A DNA stretch of 64,000 bases from an uncultured Prevotellaceae bacterium (GCA_945831805.1 CAMADY010000001.1:5529-69528), one strand, 5' to 3'. Counted from the stretch's first letter, positions 1-9,689 are shown. Notes: generated from the sequence alone by a model not told the origin. A program made the numbers and translations.

Positions 1-186
1 GAGCATCTCTGCCGTATTGCCTGCCTCACGCTGAGCGATGAAGTCGAGGGTGAGCCATACAGAGAGAGCAACGAGTGCTGTAGCGCCAGCTACCATCACA
101 CCACGCACCTGCTCGATGTTGCGGGCAGCCCAGAGGCCGAGCAGCATCACTACAGGTATTACTACGAATAAAGTTAATATACTCAT
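1..186 (-). CDS. nuoM: NADH-quinone oxidoreductase subunit M, N-terminal part (runs off window start)
   Basis: Hand translation from ATG at 186: MSILTLFVVIPVVMLLGLWAARNIEQVRGVMVAGATALVALSVWLTLDFIAQREAGNTAEML; hydrophobic; directly follows nuoL. Confidence 0.85.
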   Translation of the reverse strand, partial: MSILTLFVVIPVVMLLGLWAARNIEQVRGVMVAGATALVALSVWLTLDFIAQREAGNTAEML

Positions 187-190
187 GTCT

Positions 191-2212
191 TTAGAAGCAA
201 ATAATTATTAATGTGAGTGCGATGACACCTGTTATAATCCATGCTGCGTATGAGCGGACGTCGCCGTTCTGTGTCTGGCGGATGCTCTCACCAGCTGCGT
301 TTGCACCCCATGCTGTGAAGTCGATGATGCAAGCGTTGATGATTGTCTCGTCAATCCACTGTATAGGACGTGACACGTAACGGAACAGAATCTTATGGGT
401 AACGAACTGATATACGTTGTCCATGTAGAAACGGTTCTTAGCCCACTTGTGCAGGTTAGGGAATGTAGCGTAGAGCTTGTCAGCCACTGGCTGCTCGTCA
501 CCTTTATATATATATGTAGCGAGAGCGATGCTGCAGCAAGCCACTACGGTGGATATTGCAGCCGTAGCAGGATCGAAGTGTATGTGATACTGTACGCCGT
601 CGGCTGTTACGAGGTTGCCGAAGCTTGCCCAGTCGAAGCCTGGCACGCCGAATCCGCTCAGTGTTGTTACTACACCCACACCAACAGTTATTACGGTGAG
701 GAAGATGAGAGGGAATGTCATGGCGTTGATGCCATGCTCGCTGACGTGGTGTGCCTCATGATGCTCAAGGTTTGCCTTGCTTCCGAAGAAGATGCACCAG
801 TAGAGACGGAACATATAGAACGCTGTCATTGCAGCAACGCCTGTCATGAACCAGCCGAGAACCGGAGAGTAGTGCATGCATGCTGAGATAATCTCATCCT
901 TTGAGCTGAAGCCTGAGAAGAATGGGATACCAGAGATGGCAAGACAGGAGATGAAGAATGTAGCACTCGTGATAGGCATGTACTTGTGGAGGCTACCCAT
1001 TGCAGACATCTCGTTGGTATGTACAGCATGGATGATGACACCTGCACAGAGGAAGAGACAAGCCTTGAACATAGCGTGGGTGAAGAGGTGGAACATACCA
1101 GCCATGTAACCCAGCGCGCCGTGCTCCTCGTGAGAGAGACCCATTGATGTAGAAGCACCGAGAGCCACCATCATGAATGCTATCTGTGAGATAGTAGAGA
1201 ATGCAAGTCCACGCTTGATGTCGCTCTGAGCACAAGCTACTGCTGCTGCGTAGAATGCTGTGAAGGCACCAACGACAACAACGATTGACATCTGATCAGG
1301 AGCATATTCAATCCAGAGAGGGAACATACGTGCAATCTGGAACACACCAGCAACAACCATGGTAGCAGCGTGGATGAGTGCCGATACAGGTGTAGGACCT
1401 TCCATGGCATCTGGCAGCCAGATGTGAAGTGGGAACATAGCCGACTTACCAGCACCACCGATGAACATCAGTACGAGTGAGGTAGGAATGAGCATTGCAC
1501 CCATAGACCATGCCTTGTCAGCGTTGCAGAACGAGAGCTCCTGCATGCCCTCGGCAAGCTGTATCTCCGTTCCGGTGAATGAGAAGTTGAAGCTTCCTGT
1601 GTAGTAGCCGAAGATAAGGATACCTACGAGGAAGAACATATCAGCGAAACGTGTTACGATAAATGCCTTCTTTGATGCGTGGATAGCAGCACCGAGAGGG
1701 TAGTAGAAACCGATGAGCAGGTACGAGCTTACACCTACAAGCTCCCAGAACATGTACATCTGGAAGATGTTTGTTGCAAGAACGAGGCCGAGCATGGAGA
1801 ATGTGAAGAGAGAGAGGAACGCGTAGTAACGCTGGAAACCCTTCTCGCCATGCATGTAGCCGAACGAGTAGATGTGCACCATGAGAGATACCGTAGAGAT
1901 AACGACGAGCATCATCGCTGCGATAGGATCCAGGAGGATACCAAGGTCGAAGTGCAGTGAGCCCAGTGGCAACCATGTGTAGTTGTAAGGTACTACAGTA
2001 GGGAGTGTGCCGTCAGCGAGACGGTCGCCGCCAAAGTATGTTATGGCAGTAGCATAGCTCACCAATGTCACGAGTGCCAGTGAGCAAGTACCGATGCTGC
2101 CAGCCACCTTTGGTGCCCAGGCGTACTTCTTATTGAGGAACTCTGGCAAACCTATAATAAGGAAAGATGCCAAAGGCAATAGAAGTATCAGTATTGAAAA
2201 ACTGTAATCCAT
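191..2212 (-). CDS. nuoL: NADH-quinone oxidoreductase subunit L
   Basis: GKSAMFPLHIWLPDAMEGPTPVSALIHAATMV, WELVGVSSYLLIGF and HAMFKACLFL motifs; operon order. Confidence 0.97.
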   Translation of the reverse strand: MDYSFSILILLLPLASFLIIGLPEFLNKKYAWAPKVAGSIGTCSLALVTLVSYATAITYFGGDRLADGTLPTVVPYNYTWLPLGSLHFDLGILLDPIAAMMLVVISTVSLMVHIYSFGYMHGEKGFQRYYAFLSLFTFSMLGLVLATNIFQMYMFWELVGVSSYLLIGFYYPLGAAIHASKKAFIVTRFADMFFLVGILIFGYYTGSFNFSFTGTEIQLAEGMQELSFCNADKAWSMGAMLIPTSLVLMFIGGAGKSAMFPLHIWLPDAMEGPTPVSALIHAATMVVAGVFQIARMFPLWIEYAPDQMSIVVVVGAFTAFYAAAVACAQSDIKRGLAFSTISQIAFMMVALGASTSMGLSHEEHGALGYMAGMFHLFTHAMFKACLFLCAGVIIHAVHTNEMSAMGSLHKYMPITSATFFISCLAISGIPFFSGFSSKDEIISACMHYSPVLGWFMTGVAAMTAFYMFRLYWCIFFGSKANLEHHEAHHVSEHGINAMTFPLIFLTVITVGVGVVTTLSGFGVPGFDWASFGNLVTADGVQYHIHFDPATAAISTVVACCSIALATYIYKGDEQPVADKLYATFPNLHKWAKNRFYMDNVYQFVTHKILFRYVSRPIQWIDETIINACIIDFTAWGANAAGESIRQTQNGDVRSYAAWIITGVIALTLIIICF

Positions 2213-2245
2213 GAGATTTTTCTTCTTTTTTTATAGGTTTGACAA

Positions 2246-2554
2246 TTAGAACTTCAGGTTCTGGATAGACTTAACGCTGTTACTGTTGAAGTGGTGGTAA
2301 GCATTAAGGATGATAGCAATAGCCACAGCACTCTCTGCAGCAGAGATGCCGATGGAGAAGAGTGTGAAGAACATACCCTCCATTGCTCCTGGATAGAGCA
2401 GACGGTTGAATGCTGCGAAGTTGAGGTCAACGGCGTTGAGAACGAGCTCCACGCTGATGAGCATTGCTATCAGGTTACGGCGTGTGGTGAAACCGAGTAC
2501 GCCGATGAAGAACAGTATAGCACTGAGTATAAAGAAACATTGTACTGGTACCAT
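2246..2554 (-). CDS. nuoK: NADH-quinone oxidoreductase subunit K
   Basis: 102 aa, three TM helices, RRNLIAMLISVELVLN and ISAAESAVAIA. Confidence 0.95.
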   Translation of the reverse strand: MVPVQCFFILSAILFFIGVLGFTTRRNLIAMLISVELVLNAVDLNFAAFNRLLYPGAMEGMFFTLFSIGISAAESAVAIAIILNAYHHFNSNSVKSIQNLKF

Positions 2555-2556
2555 AG

Positions 2557-3081
2557 TTATTTATCCTCCTTCTGATTACGTGAAACAACAAGTCCTCCAA
2601 TGATACATGCGAGGAGGAAGAGAGAGATGAACTCGAATGGGAGTACATACTGATACTTCTCTGAACCCATCATGGTGTCACCAATCGTCTCCATAGGAAT
2701 CTCTGCATCCTCAATCTTGCAGAACTGCTCGAAGAAACGTGACTTGAGCTGTGCTACGATTACGGTGATGCAACCTACGAGTGCGATGATGCTGCCCATT
2801 ACGAGGCGCTTACTGTTGATGCTCTCTACAAAACCCTGCAGTGTGCGCTTTGACATCAGCTGTATGGCGAAGATGTAGATCATCGTCATGCCGCCAGCGT
2901 AGATGCTGAGCTGTGCCGTGCCGAGGTATGTGTAGTCGAGCAGGAAGTACATGCCTGCCACAGAGAAGAGCACGAACAGCAGTGCTGTCACTGAGCGCAT
3001 GATTCTCTTTGTGAAGACAGAGAAGATGGCAGCTGCGATGATGACGCATGCCAGAATAGCGAACATAATGATATTTGCCAT
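2557..3081 (-). CDS. nuoJ: NADH-quinone oxidoreductase subunit J
   Basis: Hydrophobic; QLSIYAGG and YVLPFEFISLFLL motifs; position in operon. Confidence 0.93.
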   Translation of the reverse strand: MANIIMFAILACVIIAAAIFSVFTKRIMRSVTALLFVLFSVAGMYFLLDYTYLGTAQLSIYAGGMTMIYIFAIQLMSKRTLQGFVESINSKRLVMGSIIALVGCITVIVAQLKSRFFEQFCKIEDAEIPMETIGDTMMGSEKYQYVLPFEFISLFLLACIIGGLVVSRNQKEDK

Positions 3082-3086
3082 AGTCC

Positions 3087-3539
3087 TTAAGCCTCCTCCT
3101 TGTTAAGATGCTTGACGAGAGCATCGCGGTTAAACACTGCATTCTCGAAGTCCTTGACGAACTTGATAGCGCCGAAGTTACAAGCGTTGACGCAGAGCTG
3201 GCAGAACATGCAGTCGCCGAGGTTGTACTGATAGTCCACGAGCTGGCGCTTCTTCTTGCCGTCTTCTGTCTCAACCATCTGTGACACAATCTTGATAGAT
3301 CCGTTAGGACACGCCTTCTCACAGAGTGTACATGCAGTACACTTGTGGTTGCCGTTCTCGTCCTTTGGCATCACAAGGGTACCACGATGGCGCTCTGCCA
3401 CGTGCTGTGTCTTGCGGTTCTCTGGGTACTGCTCGGTTATCTTACGGGTCATATATTCGCCCATAGTGATATCCATACCCGTCAGCAGGGTCTTGATTCC
3501 TGCTATCGCACCGCCGAAATATGAATTGTTATTTGACAT
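3087..3539 (-). CDS. nuoI: NADH-quinone oxidoreductase subunit I (2x[4Fe-4S])
   Basis: TEQYPE plus two CxxCxxCxxxC motifs (CTACTLCEKAC, CMFCQLCVNAC). Confidence 0.95.
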   Translation of the reverse strand: MSNNNSYFGGAIAGIKTLLTGMDITMGEYMTRKITEQYPENRKTQHVAERHRGTLVMPKDENGNHKCTACTLCEKACPNGSIKIVSQMVETEDGKKKRQLVDYQYNLGDCMFCQLCVNACNFGAIKFVKDFENAVFNRDALVKHLNKEEA

Positions 3540-3607
3540 CTTGTAATTTACAATTTTCTGATTTACAATTTACAAATTTTGCAAATATACTGATACTGCA
3601 AAACTAT

Positions 3608-4831
3608 TTAATCCTTCATGATAGCTGCGTCGATGCCTACAAGCTTCTGTGCCTTCTTGAAGTCTGCCTTGAACTTGAGGGCGCGAACTGCTATTACCAA
3701 GATAATTGCAGCGAACACTGCGGCTACTGCTATGCCAGCATAGAGTGAACCTACGAGGCCGAATGCTACGCAGACAGTCATCAGCACGAGGTTGAAGAGA
3801 GCTACCGGCATAAGGTACTTCCATTCGAGATTCAGGATCTGGTCGATACGCAGACGTGGGAATGTCCACTTGATCCACATGAGGAGCCATACCATGGCGA
3901 AAGCCTTACCGAGGAACCATACGATGCCAGGGATGAGGTCCATAACGCTGTCGAATGCTGCCACGCCGATGTGGATAGGACACCATCCGCCGAGGAACAT
4001 CAGCGATGTCATGCCGGCAACGATGAAGAGGTTGAGGAACTCTGCGAGGTAGTAGAAGCCGAAGCCCATACCAGAATACTCTGTGTGGTAACCGGCTGTC
4101 AGCTCAGACTCTGCCTCCGCAAGGTCGAAAGGACCACGGTTAGCCTCTGCATTACCTGCGATGAGGAAGATGAAGAAGGCGATGATGGCAGGAATGTGTC
4201 CCTGGAAGATGAGCCATCCGAAAGGACCCTGCTGTGCCTCCACGATGCCGCTTACCTGCATTGTACCGGTGAGGATACAAGCGGTGATGAGGCAGAGGCC
4301 GAGGGAGATCTCGTATGAAATCATCTGTACCGCACCACGCATAGCGGAAACGACGCCGTACTTGTTGTTTGAAGACCAACCAGCAAGGAATACGCCGATG
4401 ACGCCTATTGCAGAGAGTGCTGTGTAGAGGAAGATACCAACGTTGAAGTCGAGGATTACGGCGCCGTTGTTCCATGGGAGGAAAGAGAAGGCGCAGATAG
4501 AACCGACGATAACGAGAATAGGAGCGATGGCATAGAGAAGCTTGTCGGCCTTGTCAACGAAGAAGATCTCCTTGATGAGCATCTTCAGCACGTCGGCAAA
4601 CACCTGCAGCAATCCCCAAGGACCAACACGCATAGGACCGAGGCGGCACTGGAAGTACGCACAGACCTTACGCTCCATGAATATCAGTGCGATGGCGAGG
4701 AGGGCGTATCCTACGATGATGAGGAGGCCTACCACGATGCACTCGATAAGTATGGTCAACCAGCTTGGACAACCGATAACGTTGAGCAAGAGGTCATTGA
4801 ACCATGATGATATTATTTGAAAGTCGAACAT
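3608..4831 (-). CDS. nuoH: NADH-quinone oxidoreductase subunit H
   Basis: ERKVCAYFQCRLGPMRVGPWG and ANRGPFDLAEAESELTAGYHTEYSG. Confidence 0.97.
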   Translation of the reverse strand: MFDFQIISSWFNDLLLNVIGCPSWLTILIECIVVGLLIIVGYALLAIALIFMERKVCAYFQCRLGPMRVGPWGLLQVFADVLKMLIKEIFFVDKADKLLYAIAPILVIVGSICAFSFLPWNNGAVILDFNVGIFLYTALSAIGVIGVFLAGWSSNNKYGVVSAMRGAVQMISYEISLGLCLITACILTGTMQVSGIVEAQQGPFGWLIFQGHIPAIIAFFIFLIAGNAEANRGPFDLAEAESELTAGYHTEYSGMGFGFYYLAEFLNLFIVAGMTSLMFLGGWCPIHIGVAAFDSVMDLIPGIVWFLGKAFAMVWLLMWIKWTFPRLRIDQILNLEWKYLMPVALFNLVLMTVCVAFGLVGSLYAGIAVAAVFAAIILVIAVRALKFKADFKKAQKLVGIDAAIMKD

Positions 4832-4905
4832 TTTGTTTCTTCTTTATTATATATTAATAAGGTGTAAACTAGAAGTCTCTAGGGGGCTAGGCTTTCATAG
4901 GGCTT

Positions 4906-6504
4906 TTAACGGTCGATGTCAGGGATGATGTAGTCAAGACCTGCACCGACAGCTACGAGGTCAGCCACCTTTGAGCCGCGGAGCATCTCGTCAAGCGCAC
5001 CAACGAGGTTGAGTGCCATTGGCTTCAGCTTCATGCGGTAAGGAGACTTCTCACCACGTGAGTCGAGGTAAACGCCGAACTCACCTGATGTACCCTCAAC
5101 AGCGAAGTACCACTGTCCTTCCGGACACTTGATGATAGGCTTCTGCTTGATGTAGTATTCATCCTCCGGGATGTTGTCGATAAGTTGCTCGATGATGTTG
5201 AGAGACTGCTCTATCTCCTTCACACGGAGGTAGTAGCGGTCCTGTGCATCGCAGTTGTCGAGAACAACCTGCTCCCAGTTAACCTTGTCGTATGCATCGT
5301 ATGGGTAGTTCTTACGCATGTCGTTAGCCCACTGAGAGGCACGGCCGTTGGAACCGGAGATACCGTAGTCGATGCACTGCTCCTTTGTGAACACACCCTC
5401 ACCCTCAAGACGCTGATGGGTGATTACGTTGTCACCGAAGACGTTGACGTACTCGTCGAGCTTTGGACGAAGGTATGCAATGAGCTTCTTCACCTCCTCC
5501 TGGAAGTTAGGAGCGATGTCTGCCTGCAGACCACCGATGCGATAGTAGTTCTGGATCAGACGGCCACCCGTTGTCTCTTCCATTACGTTGAGCACGTACT
5601 CACGGTCACGCATGTTGAAGAGGAACGCAGTGAGGGCACCGAGGTCCTGTGCGTAACAGCCGAGGTATAGCAGGTGTCCGTCGATACGCTGGAGCTCATC
5701 CATGATGGTGCGGATGACCTTGATGCGGTCAGAGAGCTCCACGCCGAGTGCCTCCTCGATGACACCACAGATAGCGTGGCGGTTCATCATTGCTGAGAGG
5801 TAGTTCAGACGGTCTGTCATGGCGAGTGTCTGAGGGTATGTCATGCTCTCGAACATCTTCTCGATGCCACGGTGGATGTATCCGAGGTGTGGGTTAATCT
5901 TCTTCACCGTCTCACCGTCGAGCACTGTCTCCATACGGAGCACACCGTGTGTCGATGGGTGCTGAGGGCCGATGTTCACCACGAAGTCGTTGTCGCCGAA
6001 GAGAGGCACCTGCTTCTCTACGAGGTTGCCCTGCTTGTCGAGGCTGTACTGAGTAGCCATATTGCACTCCTTGTCGTCCTCAAGGCTGTACTCCTCGCTC
6101 TCCTGCTTCCAGTCCTTGCGGAATGGATGACCCTTGAAGTCCTCGCGGAGGAAGATACGTGTACAGTTAGGATGACCGAGGAACTTGATGCCGTAGAAGT
6201 CGAATACCTCACGCTCCTGGAGGTCTGCAGCCTTCCAGAGGTCATAGACGGACCACATAACGTACGAGTCGCCCTTCTTCTCTGCCATAGACTGAACGGA
6301 GATGCGCTCGTGGGTCTCGGTGTTCTCAAGGATGTAGATACATCCCATGCCGCCATCAGCGATAGGCTCACCGTTCTCGTCCTTATCAGGACCGAAGTCC
6401 TCGCCGATAAGTGCTACGAGGTAGTCGAAATGCTTCTCGTTCTTGAGCTGTGCCATCTTTGAGGCAAACTCGTCAAAAGAATACTTTATTGGATTTAATT
6501 TCAT
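4906..6504 (-). CDS. nuoCD: NADH-quinone oxidoreductase fused subunit C/D
   Basis: NuoC motif EREVFDFYGIKFLGHP followed by NuoD motifs NIGPQHPSTHGVLR, GYIHRGIEK and C-terminal DIDR. Confidence 0.95.
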   Translation of the reverse strand: MKLNPIKYSFDEFASKMAQLKNEKHFDYLVALIGEDFGPDKDENGEPIADGGMGCIYILENTETHERISVQSMAEKKGDSYVMWSVYDLWKAADLQEREVFDFYGIKFLGHPNCTRIFLREDFKGHPFRKDWKQESEEYSLEDDKECNMATQYSLDKQGNLVEKQVPLFGDNDFVVNIGPQHPSTHGVLRMETVLDGETVKKINPHLGYIHRGIEKMFESMTYPQTLAMTDRLNYLSAMMNRHAICGVIEEALGVELSDRIKVIRTIMDELQRIDGHLLYLGCYAQDLGALTAFLFNMRDREYVLNVMEETTGGRLIQNYYRIGGLQADIAPNFQEEVKKLIAYLRPKLDEYVNVFGDNVITHQRLEGEGVFTKEQCIDYGISGSNGRASQWANDMRKNYPYDAYDKVNWEQVVLDNCDAQDRYYLRVKEIEQSLNIIEQLIDNIPEDEYYIKQKPIIKCPEGQWYFAVEGTSGEFGVYLDSRGEKSPYRMKLKPMALNLVGALDEMLRGSKVADLVAVGAGLDYIIPDIDR

Positions 6505-6519
6505 TTCGCTTCCTCCTGA

Positions 6520-7218
6520 TTATTTAATAGTATCGTTGACAAATTTCTTTGTGCCCTCAACAGCCTTCTCTGCTGTTGCCTTCATCTCAGCGATGAACTC
6601 CTTAGGCACATCCATGATACGCATAGGTATCGTCTTTCCGTCCGGACGGCGCTCGCGTGAGTTTACGCCACCGATGAACTTCTCTACCTTGATCTTACGC
6701 TGCAGCTGCATCATGCCGTAGAGGATTGCCTCTGGGCGTGGAGGGCAGCCAGGAATGTAAACGTCAACAGGGAGGAACTCGTCGATGCCCTTCACCACGT
6801 GGTAGCTGCCCTTGAACGGACCGCCCGAGATGGCGCAGCCGCCAACGGCGATGACGTACTTAGGCTCAGCCATCTCGTCGTACAGACGCTTCAGTACTGG
6901 TGCCATCTTGTGGGTGATGGTGCCGGCACACATGATGAGGTCTGCCTGACGTGGTGAGTTACGTGTTACCTCGAAGCCGAAACGTGCGAAGTCATAGCGT
7001 GCGCAGCCGCAGGCCATGAACTCGATACCGCAGCAGGAGGTAGCGAAGGTGAGAGACCAGAGGGAGTTGCTTCGACCCCAGTTGATGAGGGCGTCGAGGT
7101 TACCCAGCACGCAGTTTACGCCACCCTCGTTGAGCTCGTCGATGAGCTTCTCGAGAGTCTCGTTGTCTTTCCACTCATTGTATGGAATAGACTTGATGGA
7201 AGGCTTCCTTATTTCCAT
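6520..7218 (-). CDS. nuoB: NADH-quinone oxidoreductase subunit B
   Basis: [22 protein letters not shown] and [15 protein letters not shown] (N2 cluster ligands). Confidence 0.97.
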   Translation of the reverse strand: MEIRKPSIKSIPYNEWKDNETLEKLIDELNEGGVNCVLGNLDALINWGRSNSLWSLTFATSCCGIEFMACGCARYDFARFGFEVTRNSPRQADLIMCAGTITHKMAPVLKRLYDEMAEPKYVIAVGGCAISGGPFKGSYHVVKGIDEFLPVDVYIPGCPPRPEAILYGMMQLQRKIKVEKFIGGVNSRERRPDGKTIPMRIMDVPKEFIAEMKATAEKAVEGTKKFVNDTIK

Positions 7219-7559
7219 TCGAGAGCCCCCTTTCTCCAGGCGTATGCCAGGCCAAATACGAGTACGAGCATGAAGAATCCGATGCTTGCCAGAGCCATCA
7301 CGCCGAACTTGTTAACAACTACTGCCCATGGGTAGAGGAACACTGTCTCCACGTCGAACATGAGGAAGAGGATGGCAAAGAGGTAGTAGCCTACGTGCAT
7401 TGGAAGCCATGAGCTGCCGTGCGTAGGAATACCACATTCGAATGGTTCGCCTTTCACCTCATTGTAGGAGCGTGGGCCCAACAGCTTTGCTGTCAGGTAT
7501 GCCGCTACCACCAAGAAAACAGCCGTCACCAGGACGGTGATAAACAAAGTGAAGTACAT
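7209..7559 (-). CDS. nuoA: NADH-quinone oxidoreductase subunit A
   Basis: [20 protein letters not shown] and WRKGALEW. Confidence 0.97.
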   Translation of the reverse strand: MYFTLFITVLVTAVFLVVAAYLTAKLLGPRSYNEVKGEPFECGIPTHGSSWLPMHVGYYLFAILFLMFDVETVFLYPWAVVVNKFGVMALASIGFFMLVLVFGLAYAWRKGALEWK

Positions 7560-7598
7560 AAAATGTATTTAAAAATGATTAATTGATTAATTCTTCTG

Positions 7599-7630
7599 CA
7601 AAGGTACGAAAAAAATGCTGATTATGCAAA
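7599..7630 (-). promoter_or_regulatory. Bacteroidetes primary-sigma promoter for the nuo operon
   Basis: Minus strand TTTG (7627-7630), 20 nt spacer, TACCTTTG (7599-7606). Confidence 0.75.
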
Positions 7631-7710
7631 CGATTTTTAATATAAATTTGTACACGCGAAGAAAAAGTGTTAAATTATAACAAATGACGGAAAATTTTTT
7701 ACGGATTCAT

Positions 7711-7741
7711 TTTGTGGAGTCGGGAAATACTATTACCTTTG
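7711..7741 (+). promoter_or_regulatory. Primary-sigma promoter for the 7765 gene and TA pair
   Basis: TTTG (7711-7714), 19 nt spacer, TACCTTTG (7734-7741). Confidence 0.75.
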
Positions 7742-7764
7742 CGGAAAACTAACGAAACCAAGTA

Positions 7765-8928
7765 TTGATGAAAGTATTTGTGAGCGGTTGCTATGACCTT
7801 CTTCATAGCGGACATGTAGAGTTTTTCCGGCAGGCTTCGCAGTACGGCGACCTGTACGTCGGCATCGGTTCTGATGCCACGATACTGAAATACAAGAACC
7901 ATAAGACCCTTTATAACGAGAACGAGCGCCTCTTCATGGTGAAGAGCATCCGTTATGTTAAGGATGCCTACATAAATGCGGGCAGCGGCATCATGGACTT
8001 CGTGCCTACCGTTGAGGCGTTACGTCCTGACCGTTTTGTAGTTAACGCAGATGGTTCGAGTGAAGAAAAGCGTCGTTTCTGCGAGGAGCATGGCATAGAA
8101 TACATCGTCCTTGAGCGTACTCCTGCCGAGGGTTTGAAGGCTCGTTCGAGCACGGATCTGAAGTCGGAGATATGCCAGATACCTACTCGTCTCGACCTCG
8201 CAGGCACCTGGATCGACCAGCCTTACGTCAGCTGTTATGCGCCGGGGTGGGCTGTCACCATCTCGCTCGTACCGGATTTCGAGGTTCGTGATCGTTGCGG
8301 GCTCTCCACTTCCACACGTAAGCAGATTCAGCGAATATGGCCTGTCAAACTGCCGGACATGGATCCGGAGATGCTCGCAAAGCTTGTCTTCTGTTTTGAG
8401 AATGATCCTGAGCGCAGCGACGGTATCATCTCCGGCGCACAGGATGCTATAGGAATCTGTGTTCCAGGACTTTGTCGTCATTATTATGAAGCACATTATT
8501 GGCCGGAGAAGATTGAACGCTGCGACGACAGCAAGGTTCTCGACTGGCTCGACCAGCACCTCTGTCTCATACCGATGTTCCCTCGTCGTCCGGGATGCTC
8601 CGTAGTGGATGGCAAGGATATTACGGAACCTAAGGTAAAGGCACTCGCCAAGGCTGCTGATGACTGCTGGAATGCAATCCTTCAGTGTGACCTTGATGCC
8701 TTTGCTGCTGCCTATCGTGCTTCTTTTGCTGCCCAGATAGCAATGTTCCCTGCGATGATTCAGGAGGGAGTGCAGGACTTCATCGACAAGTACTCTGCTA
8801 TGGATGATGTCCTTGCGTGGAAGATGCCGGGTGCCGGAGGTGGCGGTTACCTCGCCCTGGTAGTTAAAGACAACGCCCTTTTCTGTCAAAACAACCCCGA
8901 AGCTATAAAGCTTACAGTCAGAAGATAG
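7765..8928 (+). CDS. Cytidylyl/adenylyltransferase (HxGH) fused to a GHMP-kinase-like domain
   Basis: N-terminal VFVSGCYDLLHSGH...SSTDLK; C-terminal PTRLDLAGTWID, SGAQD and WKMPGAGGGGY. Confidence 0.8.
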   Translation: MMKVFVSGCYDLLHSGHVEFFRQASQYGDLYVGIGSDATILKYKNHKTLYNENERLFMVKSIRYVKDAYINAGSGIMDFVPTVEALRPDRFVVNADGSSEEKRRFCEEHGIEYIVLERTPAEGLKARSSTDLKSEICQIPTRLDLAGTWIDQPYVSCYAPGWAVTISLVPDFEVRDRCGLSTSTRKQIQRIWPVKLPDMDPEMLAKLVFCFENDPERSDGIISGAQDAIGICVPGLCRHYYEAHYWPEKIERCDDSKVLDWLDQHLCLIPMFPRRPGCSVVDGKDITEPKVKALAKAADDCWNAILQCDLDAFAAAYRASFAAQIAMFPAMIQEGVQDFIDKYSAMDDVLAWKMPGAGGGGYLALVVKDNALFCQNNPEAIKLTVRR

Positions 8929-8935
8929 ATTTGTT

Positions 8936-9166
8936 ATGAGTAAGGAATATAAAATGCCGGAAGAAGAATCTCAGATGGTCAGGGAGGCAGCAGTGGCTTA
9001 TGCCGTAGAGGATGTTTCGTGTGACCTGTTTTGCGAGGAGCATTCTCCATGCCAATATACCGTTGGTGAGGTTAAGACCATGCTGCAGCAAAATCGTGAA
9101 GACTATCAGAATGGGCGCTATCATACCATGAGCAAGGTTGATAGTATAATGGATGGCTGGGTTTAG
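8936..9166 (+). CDS. Putative antitoxin (small acidic protein)
   Basis: 76 aa, acidic, ends 1 nt before the RelE/ParE-like gene. Confidence 0.6.
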   Translation: MSKEYKMPEEESQMVREAAVAYAVEDVSCDLFCEEHSPCQYTVGEVKTMLQQNREDYQNGRYHTMSKVDSIMDGWV

Positions 9167-9167
9167 T

Positions 9168-9485
9168 ATGAACGTAGTATGGTCTGATAATGCACTCGTA
9201 AGTGCTCAGGATGCTGCTGATTATGCCCTTGAAGAATTCGGGGAGTTTCAGGTTCGGAGGCTCCGTGATAAGATCAGGGCGGCTGTAAGGAAGGTTTCTG
9301 TTATGCCGTCGTCATGCCCGTTGGAACAAAGTCTGTTGGGATTGCCGTTTCAGTATAGGTATGTCACATTGTTTCCGCATCTGGAAATGGTCTTTCATGA
9401 GGAACCGGATGGTGTATGTGTGATAGACTTAATATGGAATACAAGGAGGAACCCGCACACACTTCATGCTATTGTAAATAATTAG
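9168..9485 (+). CDS. RelE/ParE family type II toxin
   Basis: MNVVWSDNA start, YRY..(MVF) beta strands and IWNTRRNP end typical of RelE/ParE; ATG 9168 preferred over 9153. Confidence 0.75.
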   Translation: MNVVWSDNALVSAQDAADYALEEFGEFQVRRLRDKIRAAVRKVSVMPSSCPLEQSLLGLPFQYRYVTLFPHLEMVFHEEPDGVCVIDLIWNTRRNPHTLHAIVNN

Positions 9486-9563
9486 TGAAAGCGTTTCTTT
9501 CCTGGTGTCGGTTTTAGATCATGAAATTTGTATCTTAATAGAAAACTCATCAGGAAATGTTAA

Positions 9564-9600
9564 AAGGCTCTCGGTGGACAGATATGCCACTGAGAGCCTT
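9564..9600. terminator. Hairpin downstream of the TA pair, between convergent genes
   Basis: AAGGCTCTCGGTGG...CCACTGAGAGCCTT inverted repeat. Confidence 0.6.
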
Positions 9601-9689
9601 ATGCGTTTGTAGCGCCCGCCAGACGCTAAAAATCGAATGGGCGATTTTGGAAAATGCGGGTGGAGGACGATTTTTATGGGTTCAAGTGT

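Noticed and set aside
4906-6504. NuoCD as a group 4 NiFe-hydrogenase large subunit
   Set aside because: No Ni-binding CxxC pairs; quinone-site HPSTHG and terminal DIDR indicate complex I.
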